From positions 13,866 through 77,865 of the forward strand of contig JAZNAL010000035.1 of NCBI GenBank assembly GCA_045586505.1: a stretch of DNA of 64,000 nt, in the 5' to 3' direction. Position 1 is the first letter of the stretch, and each line of letters starts with the position of its first letter. Shown piece by piece: positions 27,644 to 33,935 of this stretch. The stretch is from Candidatus Flemingiibacterium sp. Lineage in GTDB: Bacteria; Bacillota; Clostridia; Oscillospirales; CAG-272. The position numbers and the translations under genes were made by a program. Below the pieces are notes generated by a model, which did not search any database, had not been told where the DNA came from, and was given only the letters and a program-made list of their open reading frames with translations.

Positions 27644-27955
27644 TTAGGTACATTGGTTGTTTTGGGTTTCCATAAATTGCTTAATGCCTGTGTGTACCAG
27701 GCCGAGGTATTCAGCAACCTGCTTGGCGGTTTCATACGGCACCTCTTTGGTGGGATCCGCATACTCACCAACAATATTGCTGATAGCCTCGTGCAGGTTT
27801 CTTGCTGCTTTCATAATGTGCAGGCCAACCTTACGCTCCTCCGGCATATCGCTCTTAAGCATAAGCTCAAGCAGAAAATCACAGGCGGCATTTTCTGCCT
27901 CTGCCTTTTTGCGGGCCTCACTCATACGGGGGGGGATGTTCTCATTGAAACGCAT
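27644..27955 (-). CDS. Hypothetical phage protein
   Basis: AAGGAGG RBS; helical ORF in the operon. Confidence 0.65.
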   Translation of the reverse strand: MRFNENIPPRMSEARKKAEAENAACDFLLELMLKSDMPEERKVGLHIMKAARNLHEAISNIVGEYADPTKEVPYETAKQVAEYLGLVHTGIKQFMETQNNQCT

Positions 27956-27973
27956 AATTTTATGCCTCCTTGG

Positions 27974-28360
27974 TTATTTTGCGGCGGCCTCAAAGGCAGC
28001 CAAAATTTTTACATATTTTTCGTGCTTGGCTTTTGCACGCTTTACAGCGACAAGCAGCTTTTTGTTGGCACGCTCACTGGCTTGCTTTTCACGGCATTTA
28101 AGCTCATACCTGTATTTGGTATCTACAAAGCCGTTGGTATAGTCAACGCCCGCATGGTGCCAAGCTGCTTTTGTTTCTGCAACCTTGGCGGGCAGGTACC
28201 CGCCAAGGGCTGCAATGGTTTCCGTGTTACGGTCCGGCTCCTGGAAAACATAACGGAATAATTTACGGATGTTTGCCAGGGTGCTGTTATCGAAAAACGG
28301 ATCCGGGTTGATCTGCATAACACAACGCTCTACAAGCACGGTAAGCTGTGTGTTATCCAT
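27974..28360 (-). CDS. Hypothetical phage protein
   Basis: GGAGG RBS, overlaps the upstream stop. Confidence 0.65.
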   Translation of the reverse strand: MDNTQLTVLVERCVMQINPDPFFDNSTLANIRKLFRYVFQEPDRNTETIAALGGYLPAKVAETKAAWHHAGVDYTNGFVDTKYRYELKCREKQASERANKKLLVAVKRAKAKHEKYVKILAAFEAAAK

Positions 28361-29558
28361 TGTTTGCCACCTCCGCAAAATCGGCAGCGGCAGGACTGTA
28401 AGGCTCTCGTTTGTCGGTCATAGGTGCAAGAGTGGGCTTGCCCAAAGGCTTAACCACATAGGCACCCAATTTGGCTGCAAATTCAGCCTTGCCCATAAGT
28501 TTCTCAAGCTCGGTAAGGGTTTTGGGCTTACGCTCATAAACAAGGGCCTCATCGTACCCGGCAGCGATAACAGCCGCAACGGCTGCATCCGTGTCCGTAA
28601 ATGTACGGTTGCTCCTGCCTGCTACCGCTTTCCATCCGGGGATGGTACCTCCGTTAAGCAGGGCGTTGAGTGCGTACTCCTCAAGATCCTTATACCAGGC
28701 CACGAGCTCCTTACCCCTTATAAGCAGATCACCGATCTCCTCATCCGTAAGCACTCCCTGGCCAAAGAGGGGCGGCTTTTCACCGTTCTGCGGTACGCAG
28801 TCCTTAAACTCCTCAAGGGCTGTGTTAATGGCAACACGGGCTTTGCATTGTGCCTTGCCTCTGCAAAAACGGCAATGCTCACCGGGGCAAAATTCACCGA
28901 GCCCCATATACGCCTTGGCGGCAGCAGGCTTGATGCTTTCACCCCACGCACGCAGCTCCTCAACGGTTATGGTTTCGGTGCTGGGCTCATCCTGGATGCG
29001 GGGCTGGTCAATGGTCATACACACATTTTTAATGGTGTTACCGTAAATGGAGGCGTAGCGTTTCAAAGCACCGAGGGCGTAAAGCCTCATTTGTGCGTTG
29101 CCCTCTGCCGATACAGGCACGCCTTTGCCGTGCTTATAGTCAGTAATGTTGAGGGTATCGCCGCCAATCATAATGCAATCGCAGGTACCAAAGCCCTCCG
29201 GTACATAGTCGGCAAAATCAACCTGCACCTCAACAGCCACATAGGGCGTGCTGTTGTAGGTCATAGCCTTTTCGGTAAGGTGCTCAACATACAGATCCGA
29301 TGTTTTATCCATTTCATCGGTGTACAGCGGATCCTTTTTGAGCTTGTTAAGGCGGGTGGTGTAAGTACGGGGTGTAAGCTGTGTGGTAAATTTCTTAATT
29401 ACCTTGAGCTCACATATAGCGTGGGCAAGTCGGCCCTCCTCTGCGTATTCCGAGGTTTTTTCCGGGAATTGCTCCTCAAATCGAGGGGCGGCTGTGCAAT
29501 GCAGCCAGCGTGAGGCAGAGGATGCAGACAGCAGAGCGTGTTTTTCCGGTGTCGGCAT
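28353..29558 (-). CDS. DUF2800 / Cas4-like PD-(D/E)XK nuclease
   Basis: HALLSASSASRWLHC, FGTCDC, ITDYKHGKG, QMRLYALGA, HCRFCRGKAQC. Confidence 0.92.
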   Translation of the reverse strand: MPTPEKHALLSASSASRWLHCTAAPRFEEQFPEKTSEYAEEGRLAHAICELKVIKKFTTQLTPRTYTTRLNKLKKDPLYTDEMDKTSDLYVEHLTEKAMTYNSTPYVAVEVQVDFADYVPEGFGTCDCIMIGGDTLNITDYKHGKGVPVSAEGNAQMRLYALGALKRYASIYGNTIKNVCMTIDQPRIQDEPSTETITVEELRAWGESIKPAAAKAYMGLGEFCPGEHCRFCRGKAQCKARVAINTALEEFKDCVPQNGEKPPLFGQGVLTDEEIGDLLIRGKELVAWYKDLEEYALNALLNGGTIPGWKAVAGRSNRTFTDTDAAVAAVIAAGYDEALVYERKPKTLTELEKLMGKAEFAAKLGAYVVKPLGKPTLAPMTDKREPYSPAAADFAEVANNG

Positions 29559-29574
29559 AATCTTACCCCCCCCC

Positions 29575-30012
29575 TTAAATCTGTGCGCCAAGGGCTCTCA
29601 AATCGTTTGCAAAGTTACCGTACTGTGCGGGATCCAAAGCGGTAAGAGCCTCAACCTGGTACTTACCAAGCAAGTTGCAAAGTGCATCCATCTTGCCTGC
29701 ATCTACAAGTGCCGTGCCGGCTCTTGCAATCATTTCCAGGGTGTAAGTAGGTGCCCCGGTGGGTACTGCGGGTGCAACGGGAACATTAGCCACAGGTGCC
29801 ACGGTCTGGGCAGGTGTCGCACTCAAAGGTGCACCAGTTGCCTGCATAGGGTTTACGGGTGCCTGTGCCTGCTGTGCGGCAACCTTTGCCTCGGTCTGCT
29901 TTTCCACCTTTGCGGGCTTTTCAGCGGGTACGGTATTGCCGTTAGCAAGTGCCACGGCAAGGTTGTTGATTGCTTCGGAAAGCTCCGGAGCTGTGATTTT
30001 GATTTCTAACAT
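29575..30012 (-). CDS. Conserved hypothetical protein typical upstream of DUF2800
   Basis: Ala/Pro linker followed by YTLEMIARAG...LLGKYQV...LDPAQYGNF. Confidence 0.8.
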   Translation of the reverse strand: MLEIKITAPELSEAINNLAVALANGNTVPAEKPAKVEKQTEAKVAAQQAQAPVNPMQATGAPLSATPAQTVAPVANVPVAPAVPTGAPTYTLEMIARAGTALVDAGKMDALCNLLGKYQVEALTALDPAQYGNFANDLRALGAQI

Positions 30013-30118
30013 TTTCGTTAGCCTCCTTGTTTATATTATTTTTAATTTTTTGACAATCGCATTTTTCGCCGGGGTCTAAATTCGCTCCGCAGTCAGGGCA
30101 GGTGTGATAGAATGCCAT
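29942..30118 (-). CDS. Small Zn-finger phage protein
   Basis: MAFYHTCPDCGANLDPGEKCDC after a G7 RBS. Confidence 0.6.
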   Translation of the reverse strand: MAFYHTCPDCGANLDPGEKCDCQKIKNNINKEANENVRNQNHSSGAFRSNQQPCRGTC

Positions 30119-30119
30119 G

Positions 30120-30458
30120 TTATCCCCCCCTCTTATACACAACATGCCCTTCGATATCTTTAGCAATGATAACTGTACCAAGCAGCTCTGCGGCGGCAAA
30201 TGTATAATCCCTATTACTGTCGAGATATCGAGTACCGACAATTATATCGTCGCCGACTTCGCGAACTTCTTTGATGTATGAATTTATAGTTCCGGGTGAC
30301 CTTGTGCAATGTACAAGGTCACCAATTTTCGGAGTCAGCGCTCGATCCACCACGACGTATGCGGGATTTGGAATACCTCGAGCTTCCAAACAGTCACCAT
30401 ATGTACGGTATGTGCGAGGACAACTCTCACCGCATGTTTTAGACGGTCTTATTGTCAT
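30120..30458 (-). CDS. Stand-alone S24 (LexA/UmuD C-terminal)-like protein with Cys at the catalytic Ser position
   Basis: YGDCLEARGIPNPAYVVVDRALTPKIGDLVHC...SYIK resembles GDSM..GI.DGD.V.VD....P..GD.V......K. Confidence 0.55.
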   Translation of the reverse strand: MTIRPSKTCGESCPRTYRTYGDCLEARGIPNPAYVVVDRALTPKIGDLVHCTRSPGTINSYIKEVREVGDDIIVGTRYLDSNRDYTFAAAELLGTVIIAKDIEGHVVYKRGG

Positions 30459-30780
30459 TTTCATCCTCCGCTTCATCCTCCGCGAAAACGCTCAAATCCC
30501 CAAATGTTTGGGAATTTGCGCCACCTGACACATTTGATATCGCTTCCTTGCGCATATCCTGTCTTGCAAGCTTGTACCCACTGGTAATACCGTAATAAAG
30601 CATCTCAATTCCCCATGTGTCGAGTGTTTCATCCTCGGGAGCAGGTGCTGCTCGTTCATATTGCGGATCATTTATTACTTTCACTGCCGCGTGGTATATT
30701 GCTTCGAGTCCGGAGTAAGCCTGCGGGCGTATTTCCTTTAAAGTCTGTATTTTTTTATTGGTAGTTCGATGTTTCTTCAT
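30439..30780 (-). CDS. Hypothetical phage protein
   Basis: 113 aa ORF with an upstream AGGAGG. Confidence 0.6.
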   Translation of the reverse strand: MKKHRTTNKKIQTLKEIRPQAYSGLEAIYHAAVKVINDPQYERAAPAPEDETLDTWGIEMLYYGITSGYKLARQDMRKEAISNVSGGANSQTFGDLSVFAEDEAEDENDNKTV

Positions 30781-30818
30781 GTTGAGTTTATTTATCCTCC
30801 TATTTTTTTATAAAACAC

Positions 30819-30847
30819 TTGCAAAAGTGTAATCTTTGTAGTATAAT
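30819..30847 (+). promoter_or_regulatory. Sigma-A promoter antisense to the early operon
   Basis: TTGCAA (30819-24), 17 bp, TATAAT (30842-47). Confidence 0.65.
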
Positions 30848-30852
30848 ATTGG

Positions 30853-30932
30853 TAACGTACAGGTAATCTTTCGCGCGAAAGATTCACTTTGCCGCATTTG
30901 ATGTGCCAGCATCACGTGCGGCTTTTCTTTTT
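30853..30932 (+). ncRNA. Candidate ~80 nt antisense sRNA
   Basis: Promoter, then perfect 20-bp palindrome (30865-84), then terminator GCCGCA..TGATG..CATCA..TGCGGC-TTTTCTTTTT; no ORF. Confidence 0.5.
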
Positions 30933-31270
30933 GCGTGCCGACGACGCAAGCCGTAATTGTATGCCGCTCCGAGAACGGAGTCAGCCGACCGCCCAAGCTT
31001 CGCCGCTATCTCTTTGGCAAGGTAACCCTCTCGCCACATCTGAGTAAGGATAGCTTTCTCCTCGTATGTCCAATGCCTCACGGTGCCCTTTGGAACGTAG
31101 TACGATTTCGGACGTCTTCGCGCTGTCGCTTCCTCTATGGTCTGTCCATCGAGAATGCGCCGTATCACCTTTGGCGTTACACCGTTGATTTCCGCCAGGA
31201 CCTGTACCTGCGCCCCCGGGTTCTTCGCAAGTCTGTGATCACGTCGGATCTCTTCCTCAGTCATCTGCAT
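30884..31270 (-). CDS. HTH/Myb-like DNA-binding phage protein
   Basis: WTYEEKAILTQMWREGYLAKEIAAKLGRSADSV. Confidence 0.7.
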   Translation of the reverse strand: MQMTEEEIRRDHRLAKNPGAQVQVLAEINGVTPKVIRRILDGQTIEEATARRRPKSYYVPKGTVRHWTYEEKAILTQMWREGYLAKEIAAKLGRSADSVLGAAYNYGLRRRHAKRKAARDAGTSNAAK

Positions 31271-31437
31271 CCTATAAACACCACCGTTCCGTGCCGCACT
31301 TCCATATCGGTGAACTCCGGCTCGTCCAACTCTGACATGAGAGCTGACATCTTGCGCAGGTCCTTGTGCAGTTGATTGTTCTCGTTAAGCAGATCGCGCA
31401 TAAAGCGCTCCTCCGCTGTTTTTTTGCTTACTTCCAT
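31261..31437 (-). CDS. Hypothetical protein (58 aa)
   Basis: Not in track; GGAGG RBS; MEVSKKTAEERFMRDLL...GCR, overlaps the next start. Confidence 0.6.
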   Translation of the reverse strand: MEVSKKTAEERFMRDLLNENNQLHKDLRKMSALMSELDEPEFTDMEVRHGTVVFIGCR

Positions 31438-31438
31438 G

Positions 31439-31669
31439 TCAACCTCCGTACATCACCGCTATTGTCGTCGCAAGCACTATCGCCCATGCCGCCGAGTACG
31501 CGATTGCTCCTGCGATAAATGCAAGGCTCACCTTGCTCGCGCGTCTGACACGTGCATCATTCGGTGACATCGCTCCCGATGCTGCCGCAAAGCAGGGTGC
31601 GAAGCGTATAAGGCAGTGGTGTGTGAACCATGCTATGTAGAATACTGATAATATAAGTGTCATGATCAT
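31439..31669 (-). CDS. Small two-TM membrane protein (76 aa)
   Basis: AAAGGAG RBS; two hydrophobic segments. Confidence 0.6.
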   Translation of the reverse strand: MIMTLILSVFYIAWFTHHCLIRFAPCFAAASGAMSPNDARVRRASKVSLAFIAGAIAYSAAWAIVLATTIAVMYGG

Positions 31670-31685
31670 CTTATCTCCTTTAACA

Positions 31686-31853
31686 TTACTCCGCTGTTGC
31701 CGTCGCTGCTTCCTGCTCTTTCTTCCAACGGAAGTATGCATCGAGGGTGTTTTTATAAAACCGCTCACGTTTCCATGGCGTCCACGCATCGAGGTTGATT
31801 TGTAATTTTTCGCCCGGCTCTAACATCTCAACTTCCGGTATAGGTCTTGGCAT
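31686..31853 (-). CDS. Hypothetical protein (55 aa)
   Basis: Not in track; AAGGAGG RBS; MPRPIPEVEMLEPGEK... Confidence 0.55.
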   Translation of the reverse strand: MPRPIPEVEMLEPGEKLQINLDAWTPWKRERFYKNTLDAYFRWKKEQEAATATAE

Positions 31854-31856
31854 TGT

Positions 31857-32105
31857 TTATTCCTCCTTATCTTTCTGCTCCGTCAGCTTCCATTTGCCGT
31901 CGCCGACGTGAGTTATAACGCCATCCTTATAGAGCCGCTGCATATCAGCATCGGAAACGGTACAAAGCGGATTGTAGCCGTCAGCGGTAAGAACGTAGAC
32001 TTCATACTGTATACCGCGCTCGGCGTATCTCACCTGGATGTAGCCGTCGTCCCTCTGCATAGCTCTGATAACGTGTTCCGGTAATGGTGTTTTCTTGTTT
32101 TTCAT
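31857..32105 (-). CDS. Hypothetical phage protein
   Basis: AAGGAG RBS; 82 aa. Confidence 0.65.
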   Translation of the reverse strand: MKNKKTPLPEHVIRAMQRDDGYIQVRYAERGIQYEVYVLTADGYNPLCTVSDADMQRLYKDGVITHVGDGKWKLTEQKDKEE

Positions 32106-32127
32106 GGTTTATTACTCCTTTTCAAAC

Positions 32128-32156
32128 TTGACTTTCAATTTAGTATGTGATATAAT
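32128..32156 (+). promoter_or_regulatory. Near-consensus sigma-A promoter for the DUF2513 gene
   Basis: TTGACT, 17 bp, TG-A-TATAAT. Confidence 0.75.
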
Positions 32157-32179
32157 CTCCTCGAAAGGAGTTGATTATA

Positions 32180-32545
32180 TTGAAACGCGATTTGGATTTT
32201 ATTCGTGAAATTTTACTGAAGATTGAAGATTCTGATGATATGGTCTATCCCGAAGCACTTGTAAGCGACAAGCATCCTCTCAGCGATGTAACTCATCATT
32301 TGAAACTATTGGCGGATGCTGATTACATAGAGGTTCTTGATGTAACAACCCTCTCGGGAGAGTATTTTATCGTCCAGCGCATTACCATGGCAGGATATGA
32401 CTATATCGACAATATCCGTAGCGATAAAATATGGAACAAGGTCAAGGATAAGCTCACCAAAGTATCCGGCGGAGCCACATCGGCAGCCCTTGACGTGGTC
32501 AAAGCCGTAGCGACAACCCTAATTACTCAGGCATTATGTCAATAG
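32180..32545 (+). CDS. DUF2513-family protein (opposite-strand accessory gene)
   Basis: MKRDLDFIREILLKIE...HLKLLADADYI...ITMAGYDYIDNIRSDKIWNKVK; TTG start 9 nt after GAAAGGAG. Confidence 0.85.
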   Translation: MKRDLDFIREILLKIEDSDDMVYPEALVSDKHPLSDVTHHLKLLADADYIEVLDVTTLSGEYFIVQRITMAGYDYIDNIRSDKIWNKVKDKLTKVSGGATSAALDVVKAVATTLITQALCQ

Positions 32546-32789
32546 CTTCACATTTAATAGCTTTGCGAAAAGCCTTATCTAATTGCTCGTAGCTTTCGCG
32601 CAATTCTTCGCCTTGTTCTTCTCTTAAAATTTCATCAACCAGCTTCTGATATGCGCTACTTAACACATCTATGTTGTGTAATGCCCTTGCATCGCGTGCA
32701 TATTTGGGAGCTGTTTCTTTTTTGCTTTCTACAACCGCCATTTTAAAAGCTCTAGCAAATTCGTTTTCAACGTCGCATTGCTTCTCCAT
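32523..32789 (-). CDS. Hypothetical phage protein
   Basis: GAGGAGGTGA RBS; 3' end overlaps the DUF2513 gene convergently. Confidence 0.6.
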   Translation of the reverse strand: MEKQCDVENEFARAFKMAVVESKKETAPKYARDARALHNIDVLSSAYQKLVDEILREEQGEELRESYEQLDKAFRKAIKCEAIDIMPE

Positions 32790-32830
32790 TGCTCTCACCT
32801 CCTCTCACATCATTTGTTGCTTTTAGGATT

Positions 32831-33079
32831 TTAAAATTGTTGCTTTTTGCGTTTGTCCCTATTTTGGGATGGTTCAGCCAAAAAAATATCTGCTTTTTCT
32901 GCGCCGTCGGTAATGCCGAGAATATCACAAATGTCGGTAATAGCCTGCGTGTCAAAGTATCCTTTTCCGTTGATTTTTGTGTTAAAAGTGTTCTTAGACA
33001 CGCCAATTTTTGCCGCCATGGTGCTCTGATTTTCACCCATTGCCGCCATCTTCGACAACAGCAGTCTTTTGTTAACCAT
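32831..33079 (-). CDS. Cro-like XRE HTH protein
   Basis: NQSTMAAKIGVSKNTFNTKINGKGYF...ICDILGI...IF; divergent from CI. Confidence 0.88.
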   Translation of the reverse strand: MVNKRLLLSKMAAMGENQSTMAAKIGVSKNTFNTKINGKGYFDTQAITDICDILGITDGAEKADIFLAEPSQNRDKRKKQQF

Positions 33080-33202
33080 TTTATCAACTCCTTTCCATCC
33101 CATTTATGGGACAATTATAGTATAGCACACCCTTTTTGATTTGTCAACCCATTTTTGAGATTTTTTCAAAATATTTTTGTAAAAAGTATTGCATTTTTGG
33201 GA
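32856..33202. promoter_or_regulatory. Four copies of a 14-bp operator, consensus TCCCA-N4-TGGGA
   Basis: TCCCTATTTTGGGA 32856; TCCCATTTATGGGA 33098; ACCCATTTTTGAGA 33147; TTGCATTTTTGGGA 33189. Confidence 0.7.
33119..33147 (-). promoter_or_regulatory. Lytic (cro) promoter
   Basis: TTGACA (33142-47), 17 bp, TG-C-TATACT. Confidence 0.75.
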
Positions 33203-33217
33203 TACTTCTGATATAAT
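33189..33217 (+). promoter_or_regulatory. Lysogenic (cI) promoter
   Basis: TTGCAT, 17 bp, TG-A-TATAAT. Confidence 0.7.
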
Positions 33218-33250
33218 ATACCCACAGTCAATTCAAAAGGGGGTATCATC

Positions 33251-33640
33251 ATGAGCGAAATATCAAATCGAATACTTCAACTTATAACAGAAAAAGAGCT
33301 GTCATACAGCGATCTCTCGAAACGCACAAGTATATCAAAATCTGCATTACAAAGATACGCAACGGGAGAAACGCCTAAAATACCGCTTGACCGTCTTGAA
33401 TTGATTGCAAAAGCGCTTGGAGTGTCCGCCGCCTATCTTATGGGGTGGGAAGAAACAAAAAAAGCCCCCGTACCGTCTGCGGTCACTACAGACGATGAGG
33501 AGCTTATTGATTTATTGGAGGAACTGCGGTCGCGTCCTGAAATGAGGATGCTGTTTTCCCTCTCCAAGAATGCAACTAAGGAAGATGTAGAGGATGCAGT
33601 CCGTATAATCGAAGCGCTGCGGAAAGGCAGACAGTCTTGA
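33251..33640 (+). CDS. CI/ImmR-like XRE repressor (no peptidase domain)
   Basis: LSYSDLSKRTSISKSALQRYATG...IAKALGVSAAYLMG. Confidence 0.92.
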   Translation: MSEISNRILQLITEKELSYSDLSKRTSISKSALQRYATGETPKIPLDRLELIAKALGVSAAYLMGWEETKKAPVPSAVTTDDEELIDLLEELRSRPEMRMLFSLSKNATKEDVEDAVRIIEALRKGRQS

Positions 33641-33873
33641 GGGATGACGTCTTTGTAAGGTATATCAGCTTACCAATGACGGTTAACGCCGTCACCGTTC
33701 CCGATGAGGACGGCAACTATAACGTGTATATAAACGATCGTCTATCCCACGAGGCGCAAGAGGAAGCATACGAGCACGAGCTGTACCACATCGTTCATGG
33801 GCATCATTACAATTATACCCCCGTCGCCACCTGCGAAAAGGAAACACAAGAGCAGACGAAGAGGTATTGGTAG
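33637..33873 (+). CDS. ImmA/IrrE-like metallopeptidase (short)
   Basis: YNVYINDRLS...HELYH (HExxH); overlaps the repressor stop. Confidence 0.8.
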   Translation: MRDDVFVRYISLPMTVNAVTVPDEDGNYNVYINDRLSHEAQEEAYEHELYHIVHGHHYNYTPVATCEKETQEQTKRYW

Positions 33874-33935
33874 GACATAAATAGGTAAATATAGAAAAAT
33901 CCCCGTCCGCATGGGACAGAGAAAGGAGCATATAC

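Noticed and set aside
28269-29513. 414-aa + strand ORF
   Set aside because: Antisense to DUF2800; explained by codon bias, no motifs.
28353-29558. Cas4-like nuclease as a sign of CRISPR-Cas
   Set aside because: Standard DUF2800 gene of the phage replication module; no cas genes or array in the window.
30493-30518. Inverted repeat CAAATCCCCAAA-TG-TTTGGGAATTTG as a fifth operator
   Set aside because: Half-site spacing differs from the 14-bp consensus and it lies in coding sequence.
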